The translations under genes were made by a program, and so were the position numbers. Below the pieces are notes generated by a model that saw only the letters and a list, made by a program, of their open reading frames with translations, was not told the DNA's origin and did no database searches. DNA of 54,652 nucleotides from an uncultured Clostridia bacterium (GTDB lineage: Bacteria > Bacillota > Clostridia > Oscillospirales > CAG-272), in assembly GCA_947627475.1 (NCBI GenBank), contig CANQWE010000001.1:73069-127720 (forward strand), in the 5' to 3' direction. This document shows, piece by piece, positions 1-8,974 of the stretch (position 1 is the first letter of the stretch; each line of letters starts with the position of its first letter).

Positions 1-2
1 AG

Positions 3-794
3 CTGTATTTTGCCGGAACCGGTCGCCACTTTGCCCATAACGTTCACTCCGTACGGGTGTTAGACGGCATCTTTCCTTATAATATAACGCTGCAGACCCT
101 CAACGGCATCCTGTCCCATGACGGGGAGATCGAGTGTGACGAATACCGCCCGCGACCGATGGAGGACTTTTCCGACTTGGATGCAGCCGTAGACGCCTGC
201 TACCGGGACCGGGCCAACAACCGGCGTCTGATGCCTTCCACTTTGGAAGGCTGTCTGGTGCGCATCTGCGATATCATCTCTTATTTGGGAAAGGACCGGC
301 AAGACGCCAAAAAAGCAGGACTGATTTCAGAGGATGCTTTTGCGTATGGTGCCATAGGCCGAATCAACGCGGAGATCATCAACAATTTAAGCGTCAATAT
401 TATCGAAAACAGCTATGGAAAGCCCTACATTAAAATCGACCAGGAGTATTTTGACGCCCTTTCCGCAGCCAAACGCAGCAACTATCAGCAGATATACCAA
501 AGCCCTGCTGTGGCTGGTCCCCAGCGGGATGTGATCCGGCCTATGTTTGAACGTCTGTACCGACGGCTGGTGGAGGATGTGAAAAAAGGCCGCAGCACTT
601 CTCCTGTGTTCCGCCACCATATCGAGTTTGTCACAGCCGGCCATTATGTTCGGGAACTTCCCTATGAGGAAACAGATCCAGATACGATCGTCACCGATTA
701 TATTGCATCCATGACGGACGATTACTTTGTGGAATTGCATCAATATTTGTTTCCTGGAGAGAAAACCATGAAATATCATGGATATTTTCAGTGA
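3..794 (+). CDS. HD-domain phosphohydrolase, dGTP triphosphohydrolase-like (5'-truncated by window edge)
   Basis: Frame is open from base 3 (LYFAGTGRHFAHNVHSVRVLD...). It has HNxxSxRV, ILSHDG, DIISYLGKDRQDA and a C-terminal DYIASMTDDY, typical of dGTPase-like HD proteins. Confidence 0.8.
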   Translation: MYFAGTGRHFAHNVHSVRVLDGIFPYNITLQTLNGILSHDGEIECDEYRPRPMEDFSDLDAAVDACYRDRANNRRLMPSTLEGCLVRICDIISYLGKDRQDAKKAGLISEDAFAYGAIGRINAEIINNLSVNIIENSYGKPYIKIDQEYFDALSAAKRSNYQQIYQSPAVAGPQRDVIRPMFERLYRRLVEDVKKGRSTSPVFRHHIEFVTAGHYVRELPYEETDPDTIVTDYIASMTDDYFVELHQYLFPGEKTMKYHGYFQ

Positions 795-800
795 ACTGTA

Positions 801-829
801 TTGACAAGCCACCTTTTCTTTGTTATAAT
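801..829 (+). promoter_or_regulatory. sigma-A promoter for tRNA-Thr
   Basis: TTGACA (801-806), 17 bp, TATAAT (824-829); perfect consensus. Confidence 0.85.
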
Positions 830-869
830 AGGCAGGCGGAAATCACAAGAAGGCATTTTTCGCCTGTTT

Positions 870-945
870 GCTGATATAGCTCAGCTGGCAGAGCACGTCA
901 TTGGTAATGACGAGGTCGGCGGTTCGAATCCGCCTATCAGCTCCA
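870..945 (+). tRNA. tRNA-Thr(GGT)
   Basis: 76-nt cloverleaf: GCTGATA/TATCAGC acceptor stem, anticodon arm CGTCA-TTGGTAA-TGACG, GGTTCGAATCC T-loop, encoded CCA. Confidence 0.97.
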
Positions 946-976
946 AAAACCGTTCGTGGCAGCGAACGGTTTTTTG
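945..976 (+). terminator. Rho-independent terminator after tRNA
   Basis: AAAAACCGTTCG-tggcag-CGAACGGTTTTT hairpin with T tail. Confidence 0.8.
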
Positions 977-1007
977 CTTTTGTAAGGGAGAGATACGGCG
1001 GACACCC

Positions 1008-1088
1008 CCCCAGTGTCTCGAAGCGACTCTGGAGGAGTCGCCTCGCGTGCCACATCACAGGGGAGCCAAAATATGTGTATGCGCTTTG
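1008..1088 (+). repeat. 81-bp dispersed repeat, copy 1 (copy 2 at 29919-29999)
   Basis: Gapless manual alignment to 29919-29999, about 69/81 identical. Confidence 0.85.
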
Positions 1089-1146
1089 CAGGGGCTCCCC
1101 GGGAGTCGCCTGGAGATATTTGCTCTCCCTCGCATTGCACCCCCAA

Positions 1147-1190
1147 GTCCCCCTCTGACTGAGGGGGACAGCGTTCGCTGACAGGGGGAC
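1147..1190. repeat. REP-like palindromic element
   Basis: GTCCCCCTC-tgact-GAGGGGGAC followed by CAGCG-tt-CGCTGAC-AGGGGG; same layout as 29746-29796. Confidence 0.65.
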
Positions 1191-1481
1191 AGATATACAG
1201 ACTTCCCTTGTATGTTCCTTGACAATGTACTGCGGCACAGCCTTAAAAAAGAAGAAACTTTGACAAAATGTCTAAACAAAATATGAATAAAGTAAATATT
1301 TTGAAACGGATTCGTAAAAAAAGAAACAATCAAATTATAATAATAGAATTTTTCTCAATATGTTGATTTTGCAGTATACATTGCCTCAATAAGTAGGGGA
1401 GGGCTGTCTAAAACACACGCTGTTTTTTCAAAAATCCCTTTGTCTGCTCTGTAAAATGCACAAAAAAGTGCCGAAAAAGTA

Positions 1482-1510
1482 TTGACAATTTGTTATAAGA
1501 ATGCTACAAT
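1482..1510 (+). promoter_or_regulatory. sigma-A promoter with extended -10
   Basis: TTGACA (1482-1487), 17 bp, TGcTACAAT (-10 at 1505-1510). Confidence 0.75.
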
Positions 1511-1542
1511 GATTTTACCAAAATTATATGGAGGTTTACCCT

Positions 1543-4419
1543 ATGAAAAAAGTATTAGCACTTGTGCTTACTTTGTCAATGCTCGTAGGCACGCTGGCCG
1601 TGGGCCTGTCGGCTGCCTTTGAGTTTACTGCTTCACCAGATGGGGATAAGTTTGAAAATGTATATTCTGTCCCGCTGGAAAACAATGCTGGAAGGGTTAC
1701 ATATTTTCACCTTGGCAGCCCTTCCTCTGCAAACCGCAATCTGGTATTTGATTTCTGGTTTGAAAAAGAGGAAGGCGGACTTGGCGTAAACTATGGCAGC
1801 GCGACTTATCCTTTTGTCAGAATTGACAGAATTGGATTGAATGTTGGCGGAGAGGAAAAAACGCTCGCTTACGATTTTGAAGTTGGAGAGAAATATAATA
1901 TTTCGCTTCGCACAGGCGACGCTGAGGCAGGCAAAACCGATGTCAAAATTAATGGACAGTCGATCGGTTCGATTGATGGTCAGCTTCACAGCGGCGATGC
2001 TATATATTGCGGCGCAGATGGTATCCTGATGGATAACATCAGACTGACAGATGGCAACGATACCCAGGCCGAATTTGATTTTGACGGTACTTCACGCGGA
2101 GGAGATACTGCTGGCGATACTGTCACAGCGCTTGAATTCCGCCGTGATTTGGGCAAGAAATATGGTATGGCTGATGCAAAAGCTTATACCTTTGCTAAGG
2201 TGGGAGAAGGCTGGAAAAATGAAGATGGCACCTTTGCAATTGAATTTGATATGAGTTTCATTAGCAATCCGACTACACAAAATGAATTGGAGCCCAACGG
2301 CAATGGTCCTTGGATCACCAATGAGAAAATCGGTGTTGGTTTAAACCAAGAGGGACAGAATGTGGCGTATTCCTTCCAGCCGGATGAATGGTACCATGTC
2401 AAATATGTCTCCCTGGCCGACAAGACAGAAATTTATGTAAACGGCGTACAAGTGGAAGGCACCTTCCCCAAAATGGAAGGAATGTGTATCAATGATAGTG
2501 GATATGTGTTCTGGCCTGAAGGTATGAAGATGGACAATCTCAAGGTAGGGAACAAAGCAGTCATTGACTTTGAGGGGGATAGCTGGAATTCCGTATTTGA
2601 AGGTTGCGCATTTTCACAGGTAGAGTATGTAGGCGAAGCTGTGAATATCTGGGATCACATCTCGACGCAAGAGGTAGAAGGCGAAGCTACGCTGATCAGC
2701 CCTGTATTCAACGAGGAGAAGAACCCCAACAAACCCAACACGAAAAATGGGGAAAACTATGCTGGGGCAAATGCTTTGTACCTGACAACCAAGTATAACA
2801 ACAAAGTTGGAAGCCAGTACATTGTAAACTTTGACCTTGCGATTTATCCGGACAAAGAAGGAACCATCTGCGATGATAAAACGCTGGATGGAGCTTGGCT
2901 TGAATTTATCGTGAACAAGTTTGCTTCCGGTGACGGTTCTCGTGTCAAGATCGGAAACAAATTTGTCGGGGTACATAAAGACTTGTACTACTATGGCGAA
3001 GACGCCGTAGGCGCTACTGACGCGGTAAAGAATATGACTCCCTGGACTGCCGGTGAATTCCATAACGTAACTATCCAGGTGCAGAACGGTACTTTGACAA
3101 TTTATTTGGACAAAGAAGTAGTTTACACCGCACCTGTAGGAATGAACTACTATGAAGATCTTGCAATTCTTTACACCAACAACTGTGGTGTTGTGATTGA
3201 TAACTTCTATGTATACGATGCAAAAACCTTTGATACATTGGTTACCGGACTGGATATCAACGATGGTTCCGACTATGAGAAAACCATTTCTGATGTAAAG
3301 GCTACCGGTGCAGACGCTTGTGCTGCAAATGGCGGGCATATTTATCATTGGGCAACAACTGCTCCCACAAAGTGCTATGAGCAGGGCACAAACACCTATA
3401 CCTGTTATGTTTGCGGTGCAACAGAAGAAAAACAGGAAATTCCGATGCTGGAACATAAATTCCAGGCGTATGACATTAACCGTGTAGAGACAGACGAAGA
3501 GGGCAATACCATTGCTTATACTAAGTGTCAGGAAAGCGATGGCTGTGTTGAAAAGAGATATGTAGTGCTTCCTACGGCAGAAGAGGATTACACTGGCACG
3601 CTCAACTTCTTCCACGACTTTACCGATGATTTTGTAAAAGTTACCACAGATTCCAGTGAGTGTGGTCTCATCTTTGAGGATGGCGTTGGCAGATACGTTG
3701 ATTCTGACTTAAACTATAATAGAATCAGACTGGGTACAAACATGACAAAAGAAGAGCTGAACGAAAAGGGTATGACCTACGGCTTTGATTTTGTCTACAA
3801 CGGAACATTCGATACCAATGATACTGTAGGTAACGGCCATTACTTCGGTGTTGGTATTGGTAAAAATCTGCTGGGAACAATGCAAGCTGGCTACGATGCG
3901 CAAGAGCAGGTGTTCTTCCTGCGGGCTAATCCGATTGCCGGCGGCGATTCAAAAAATGAGAAGAGTGATGTCATAAAGCTGATTGTTGGCGAGACTTATA
4001 ACTTTGAAGTGAAGTTGTACGCTCCGCAGCCTAAGGGTCCCGAAGACGCTGAAAAATGTGAGCTTGCTCTGTATCTTAATGGCGTAAAGGTTGTAAATAT
4101 GACTGGAATAGAAGTATTTACCCTTTGCAACTATGAACAAAACCTTGATTCCTTCTTCTTCTGGAACTTTGGTGTTGCTATGGATATGGATAACTACCAT
4201 GTCGGTAGCTATGATTTCGCTTGGAACAGAGAATATATGGGCGATGTAGACGGCGACTACTCCATCACTGTAGAAGACGCAGCGCTCATGAGACAGTATC
4301 TTGCAAAGATCATTGATGAAACCGGATTTGCTGCTGTTTCCAGAGCAGACGTAAATATGGACGGATTTATCGATGCAAAAGACCAGCTCCGGATCAGAAA
4401 GCATCTTGCTGGTGTTTAA
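1543..4419 (+). CDS. Secreted protein with about four ConA/LamG-like beta-sandwich repeats, a Cys/His-rich linker and a C-terminal dockerin
   Basis: GGAGG RBS then signal peptide MKKVLALVLTLSML. Four segments end in G-x-x-(M/I)DN-x-x-(L/V). The C-terminus has two Ca-binding repeats GDVDGDYSITVEDA and ADVNMDGFIDAKD. Confidence 0.8.
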   Translation: MKKVLALVLTLSMLVGTLAVGLSAAFEFTASPDGDKFENVYSVPLENNAGRVTYFHLGSPSSANRNLVFDFWFEKEEGGLGVNYGSATYPFVRIDRIGLNVGGEEKTLAYDFEVGEKYNISLRTGDAEAGKTDVKINGQSIGSIDGQLHSGDAIYCGADGILMDNIRLTDGNDTQAEFDFDGTSRGGDTAGDTVTALEFRRDLGKKYGMADAKAYTFAKVGEGWKNEDGTFAIEFDMSFISNPTTQNELEPNGNGPWITNEKIGVGLNQEGQNVAYSFQPDEWYHVKYVSLADKTEIYVNGVQVEGTFPKMEGMCINDSGYVFWPEGMKMDNLKVGNKAVIDFEGDSWNSVFEGCAFSQVEYVGEAVNIWDHISTQEVEGEATLISPVFNEEKNPNKPNTKNGENYAGANALYLTTKYNNKVGSQYIVNFDLAIYPDKEGTICDDKTLDGAWLEFIVNKFASGDGSRVKIGNKFVGVHKDLYYYGEDAVGATDAVKNMTPWTAGEFHNVTIQVQNGTLTIYLDKEVVYTAPVGMNYYEDLAILYTNNCGVVIDNFYVYDAKTFDTLVTGLDINDGSDYEKTISDVKATGADACAANGGHIYHWATTAPTKCYEQGTNTYTCYVCGATEEKQEIPMLEHKFQAYDINRVETDEEGNTIAYTKCQESDGCVEKRYVVLPTAEEDYTGTLNFFHDFTDDFVKVTTDSSECGLIFEDGVGRYVDSDLNYNRIRLGTNMTKEELNEKGMTYGFDFVYNGTFDTNDTVGNGHYFGVGIGKNLLGTMQAGYDAQEQVFFLRANPIAGGDSKNEKSDVIKLIVGETYNFEVKLYAPQPKGPEDAEKCELALYLNGVKVVNMTGIEVFTLCNYEQNLDSFFFWNFGVAMDMDNYHVGSYDFAWNREYMGDVDGDYSITVEDAALMRQYLAKIIDETGFAAVSRADVNMDGFIDAKDQLRIRKHLAGV

Positions 4420-4441
4420 GTTATAAAAATAGCTTAGCAAT

Positions 4442-4471
4442 AAAAAGCCTCCACAATGTGGGGGCTTTTTT
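4442..4471 (+). terminator. Rho-independent terminator
   Basis: AAAAAGCCTCCACA-a-TGTGGGGGCTTTTT. Confidence 0.75.
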
Positions 4472-4572
4472 GCAACGTTAATTCTGTAAAATAACTATAA
4501 AAAAAGGTGGATAAAATGTAAAAAAAATATAAAATATGCTTGTATTTTTCGTTTAAATATAATAGAAATGAC

Positions 4573-4601
4573 TTGACATTCAGCTTATAAACAGCTATAA
4601 T
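4573..4601 (+). promoter_or_regulatory. sigma-A promoter
   Basis: TTGACA (4573-4578), 17 bp, TATAAT (4596-4601); perfect consensus. Confidence 0.85.
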
Positions 4602-4635
4602 AAATATGTATTATAAACTTGGAGGTAAAATCCAG

Positions 4636-6996
4636 ATGAAAAAGCTTATTTCATTGCTGGTTGTGGCAGCAATGCTTGTTGCCGGAATAGTGGTCGTTGT
4701 TCCGGGAACAGCCGCTGATCTTCCTGATACAGATCTTTATACCCATGTTACCGGAGAGATCAGTGAAGACAAAAGCACACTGACTATGACAGTGGAGTTG
4801 GGAAACAACCCTGGCCTATGGTGCTATAGAACCTTTGTCAGCTACAATGCTGAGGCGCTGAAGCTCACGTCCATCGAAAATAAAGACGTGTGGTCGGCAC
4901 AGGAATATATTCCTGGCAATATCAACTCTAATCCTGTGACATATTATGCACAGTCAACGGCCTATAATCTCAACAATACCAATAACGGTGTTGTTGCTGT
5001 TTACACGTTCCAGATTCTTAACCAGGAAGCAGATTTTAACGTAAAGTTGTCTGTAAACGCAAATGAGGTCTTTGGTGTAACGGAGGACGGTACTAAGATT
5101 CCGCATACCATGCAGATCATCAACGAGTGTCCCCAGTATCTTCCTATTGACACAACCGAGTTGGATCAATTGGCTGCTGACGTGTTGGCGCTGCCCGCAT
5201 ATGAGGAACTGACAGAAGAGCAGATTACAAGCATGCTGGGTTATTATGAAAAAATTCATGGACTCCAGGGAAGAGAACAGGCTTATTTTACAGAGAGCCA
5301 TGCAGACGCTATTACGAAAATTGACGAACTCTATGCCGCACATCAGTGGGCTGAAGAAAAAGAGCAGCTGGATGCACTGGGCGCAAGAGTAGAAGCGCTT
5401 CCTGCATATGCAGAGATGAGCGATGAGCAGGTGCAGGAAATGCTTGCACTGCGTACAGAGCTTTCTGCATTGGAAGGCGATGCAAAAACTTATGTAGAAA
5501 CTACATATGCAGATGCAATTGCACGTTTGGAGGCTTCCTACGAAGCATTTATGCATGAGGAAGGTTTGAACGCATACGGAGAAAAACTGGCTGCGCTGCC
5601 TGCCTTTGAACAGATGAGCGAAGCACAGGTAGCAGAAATGTTGTCTTTGAAGGACGAGCTGGCCGCGCTGCCTGCCGAAGATTTGGACTATGTAAAAGCT
5701 ACGTTTGCAGAGGACTATGCAAGATTTGAAGCTTCTTTGGCTGCTTATGCCCATGCGGAAGAGCTGAAGGCTGTAGGCGAAAAGATAGAAGCACTTCCTG
5801 CATATGACGGGATGAGCGAAGCACAGGTAGCAGAAATGTTGTCTCTGATCGAACAGCTGAATGCTATGCCTGAAGCAGATGTAAACTACATTAAAGAAAA
5901 CTATAGCGAAGCCTACAACAGACTCCAGGATTCCTATGCAAGATATACCCGTGTTCAGGAATTGGATGCACTGGGTGCAAGAATCAACGCGCTGCCCGAA
6001 AACTACGCTGACATGACAGAAGAGCAGATTGCAGAAATGCTGGCTTTGGTAGAAGCCCTGGATGCAATCACAGATACAGCAGACCAGGAATATCTGATGA
6101 ACAATTATGCAGATGGCCTCACAAACCTGGAAATAAACTATATGCTTTATCTGTATGATATACAGGTAAAGGATATTATTGCTCGTATCGAAGCCCTGCC
6201 TGACTATAAAGTAATCACCGAGGAGTATAAGGAAGAAGTAACGGAATTGTATGTACTGGTGATGGGCAGTCTTGCTGCGCCTCAGATCAAAGCAGAGATT
6301 CCCGAGGCTTACGCAAACTTTGTAAACGCTTACTTTAAGCTGGTTTACGGCGGTACAGATGCGGTGGATATGGATAAAGTAAATTCCTTTGTGGAAACTG
6401 CAAATGGACTGATTGCATCGGAAGAATTGACGGATGAACAAAAGGAACAGATTCTGGATTTGCTGTATTCTATTGTATCGATGGAAGAAGACCAGATGAT
6501 CAATGTAGATTATATTGCACTCAATAATCCTGAAACTTTTATAGGTTTGATTGAAAAATACATTGAAATTATCAGCAGCGAAGAAGTCGATGAAGAACTT
6601 TTGATCAGCCTGACCGAAAAGGTAATGGGACTGCCTGCATATGAAGATATGACAGCAGAAGATATTGCTGCGCTGGAAGAAATCATTGATGCAATTTCTA
6701 ACTTGAATCCTGTAGAAATGTTCCAGTTTAAAGTATTAAGTCAAGAGGCATATGAAAAGTATCTTGCTCTGTATGAAGCTTATATGGCAGACAAGGGCGG
6801 TGAGGAGCCGCAGCCCCCTGTGACGACAGACACTGCCGGGGATGATACAACCGTTTCTGGCGGCAACAACGGTTCTGGAGATAAGAAGCCTCCCCAGACC
6901 GGCGACAATATGATGTATATTTTTATTGCGGCAGCTGTTGCAGCTGTAGCATGCACAGCAGTTGTTGTGATCCGCAAGAAAAAGGAAACTGTATAA
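4636..6996 (+). CDS. Sortase-anchored surface protein: N-terminal cohesin-like domain, about eight helical repeats, PPQTG sorting signal
   Basis: Signal peptide; cohesin-like segment (TLTMTVELGNNPGL...VSYNAEALKLTSI...NGVVAVYTFQIL); ~66-aa acidic repeats (ALPAYxEMSEEQVxEML); P/T/G linker; PPQTGD, hydrophobic helix, RKKK tail. Confidence 0.75.
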   Translation: MKKLISLLVVAAMLVAGIVVVVPGTAADLPDTDLYTHVTGEISEDKSTLTMTVELGNNPGLWCYRTFVSYNAEALKLTSIENKDVWSAQEYIPGNINSNPVTYYAQSTAYNLNNTNNGVVAVYTFQILNQEADFNVKLSVNANEVFGVTEDGTKIPHTMQIINECPQYLPIDTTELDQLAADVLALPAYEELTEEQITSMLGYYEKIHGLQGREQAYFTESHADAITKIDELYAAHQWAEEKEQLDALGARVEALPAYAEMSDEQVQEMLALRTELSALEGDAKTYVETTYADAIARLEASYEAFMHEEGLNAYGEKLAALPAFEQMSEAQVAEMLSLKDELAALPAEDLDYVKATFAEDYARFEASLAAYAHAEELKAVGEKIEALPAYDGMSEAQVAEMLSLIEQLNAMPEADVNYIKENYSEAYNRLQDSYARYTRVQELDALGARINALPENYADMTEEQIAEMLALVEALDAITDTADQEYLMNNYADGLTNLEINYMLYLYDIQVKDIIARIEALPDYKVITEEYKEEVTELYVLVMGSLAAPQIKAEIPEAYANFVNAYFKLVYGGTDAVDMDKVNSFVETANGLIASEELTDEQKEQILDLLYSIVSMEEDQMINVDYIALNNPETFIGLIEKYIEIISSEEVDEELLISLTEKVMGLPAYEDMTAEDIAALEEIIDAISNLNPVEMFQFKVLSQEAYEKYLALYEAYMADKGGEEPQPPVTTDTAGDDTTVSGGNNGSGDKKPPQTGDNMMYIFIAAAVAAVACTAVVVIRKKKETV
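5158..6790 (+). repeat. Intragenic ~198-nt tandem repeats encoding the helical stalk
   Basis: 34-nt exact repeat GATGAGCGAAGCACAGGTAGCAGAAATGTTGTCT at 5613 and 5811 (198 nt apart); protein motif recurs about 8 times. Confidence 0.8.
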
Positions 6997-7005
6997 AAGA
7001 TAAAT

Positions 7006-7039
7006 AAAAAAGGCCGCAGGATTTCCTGCGGCCTTTTTT
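7006..7039 (+). terminator. Rho-independent terminator
   Basis: AAAAAAGGCCGCAGG-attt-CCTGCGGCCTTTTTT. Confidence 0.85.
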
Positions 7040-7071
7040 ACAAAAATCCTATTTGAGTTCATAAAATGCTG

Positions 7072-7100
7072 TTGCAAAGCACGGGGACATCCTGTATAAT
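7072..7100 (+). promoter_or_regulatory. sigma-A promoter for glyA operon
   Basis: TTGCAA, 17 bp, TATAAT (7095-7100). Confidence 0.7.
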
Positions 7101-7148
7101 AAAAGTACTATCGAAACAAGCTGAAAGAAAAGAAGGGAATTTATAAAA

Positions 7149-8393
7149 ATGGTTCAAACAGTAATAGAAAAGCTGCAAAAAGCGGATCCGGAAGTTGGAG
7201 ATGCGATTGCTGCAGAACTGCAACGGGAAAAGAGAGGTCTGGAACTGATCGCCAGTGAAAATATGATTTCAGAAGCAGTAATGCTTGCTATGGCAACCCC
7301 ACCTGCAAATAAATATGCAGAGGGATACCCTGGCCGCAGATATTACGGCGGATGTGAATGTGTGGATGTAATCGAAACCATCGCCATACAGCGTGCGTGC
7401 AAGCTTTTTGGTGCAAATTTTGCAAATGTACAGCCCCACTCCGGCGCCCAGGCGAACACAGCAGTCTATATGGCGCTTCTTTCTCACGGGGACACAGTCA
7501 TGGGCATGAACTTGGCCCACGGCGGACATCTGACCCATGGAAGTCCTGTAAACTTCTCCGGTATAAACTACAACTTTGTTCCCTACGGCGTGGATGAGAA
7601 CGGATTTATCGATTACGATATTATGGAGAACACTGCAAAAGAATGCAGACCCAAGCTGATTATCGCAGGCGCGTCAGCATATGCCAGAACCATCGATTTT
7701 GAACGGATTTCCAAGATTGCTAAGAGCGTGGGCGCCTTGTTCATGGTGGACATGGCTCACATTGCCGGCCTTGTTGCAGCCGGACTCCATCCCTCGCCAA
7801 TTCCCTATGCAGACGTAGTTACCACAACTACCCATAAAACCCTTCGCGGTCCCAGGGGCGGCATGATCCTTTGCAACGATGAAGAAATTGCAAAGAAAAT
7901 CAATAAAGCGGTATTTCCCGGCATGCAGGGCGGGCCACTGGAGCATATCATCGCCGCAAAGGCGGTTTGCTTTGGAGAAGCCCTGGACCCCTCCTTTAAG
8001 GAATACCAGAAAAAAATCGTGGAAAATGCAAAAGCCCTGGCGGAAGGTCTCCTGGCGGAAGGCTTTGATCTGGTATCCGGCGGAACGGACAATCATTTGA
8101 TGCTGGTGGATCTGCGTCCCATGCATATCACCGGTAAGGAAATGGAACAGCGACTGGATCAGGTATATATCACAGTCAATAAAAACTCCATTCCAAACGA
8201 CCCCGAAAAGCCCTTTGTCACCAGCGGTATCCGGGTGGGTACCCCGGCGGTGACGACACGCGGCCTTGGCGTATCCGAAATGAAAACACTGGCAGAGCTC
8301 ATGGCTCTGGCCGCAAAAGACTTTGACGCCAAAGCAGATTCTATTCGGGACGCTGTTACACAAATTTGTAAAAAGTATCCGATTTATGAATAA
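7149..8393 (+). CDS. glyA: Serine hydroxymethyltransferase
   Basis: [26 protein letters not shown]-lysine motif [14 protein letters not shown]. Confidence 0.98.
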   Translation: MVQTVIEKLQKADPEVGDAIAAELQREKRGLELIASENMISEAVMLAMATPPANKYAEGYPGRRYYGGCECVDVIETIAIQRACKLFGANFANVQPHSGAQANTAVYMALLSHGDTVMGMNLAHGGHLTHGSPVNFSGINYNFVPYGVDENGFIDYDIMENTAKECRPKLIIAGASAYARTIDFERISKIAKSVGALFMVDMAHIAGLVAAGLHPSPIPYADVVTTTTHKTLRGPRGGMILCNDEEIAKKINKAVFPGMQGGPLEHIIAAKAVCFGEALDPSFKEYQKKIVENAKALAEGLLAEGFDLVSGGTDNHLMLVDLRPMHITGKEMEQRLDQVYITVNKNSIPNDPEKPFVTSGIRVGTPAVTTRGLGVSEMKTLAELMALAAKDFDAKADSIRDAVTQICKKYPIYE

Positions 8394-8435
8394 GAAAGCG
8401 GTATGTCTCGACCGAAGGAAGGTAAGAAGATAACG

Positions 8436-8963
8436 ATGAAGAAAACAGGAATATTGCTGGTATCCTTGCTGGTGATCCTGGGTATGGCACTGGGCGGATG
8501 TGCGAAGCAGGATCCGGACGTACCTGCAGGTATGCAGCTTGCCTCATCTGAGGATGCAGATTATTTGTTTTACGTTCCGCAGGGCTGGCGGGTAGATAAA
8601 TCCTCCCTTTACACGGCCGCTTATTTTTCATCCGGTGACGCCACCAGTATATCTGTTACAGCGTTTGGTATGAATATGACAGACGATTCTGTTTCTTCCT
8701 GGTGGGAGAGTTATAAGGAACAGTTTGCAGAGATTTATGACACAATGGAAGTCACCGCCGAAGAAGAGACGGAACTTGACGGCATGGACGGAATGAAATA
8801 TACATTTGACGCAACACTGAACGAAAAGGAATATCAGTATATTATCGCAGCCGTTTTGCGGGAGAATTATATATACTATATTACCTATACGTCTACACCG
8901 GAGTATTATGAAGATCATTTGGAGGAACTGGATCTGGTGTTGGAACACTTTGCATTTAAATAA
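8436..8963 (+). CDS. Lipoprotein, PsbP/DUF1795-like fold
   Basis: Lipobox LGGC after a hydrophobic stretch; YVPQGW and C-terminal YYITYTS...F pattern. Confidence 0.6.
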   Translation: MKKTGILLVSLLVILGMALGGCAKQDPDVPAGMQLASSEDADYLFYVPQGWRVDKSSLYTAAYFSSGDATSISVTAFGMNMTDDSVSSWWESYKEQFAEIYDTMEVTAEEETELDGMDGMKYTFDATLNEKEYQYIIAAVLRENYIYYITYTSTPEYYEDHLEELDLVLEHFAFK

Positions 8964-8974
8964 GGCGTAAGGAT

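Noticed and set aside
801-1333. Small ORFs overlapping the tRNA and repeats
   Set aside because: They overlap a clear tRNA and palindromic repeats and show no protein motif.
4954-6441. 495-aa minus-strand ORF
   Set aside because: Shadow of the repeat region of the cohesin protein.
870-7040. Possible genomic island integrated at tRNA-Thr (AT-richer surface-protein genes follow it)
   Set aside because: No integrase and no duplicated tRNA 3' end were found; high-expression codon bias could explain the composition.
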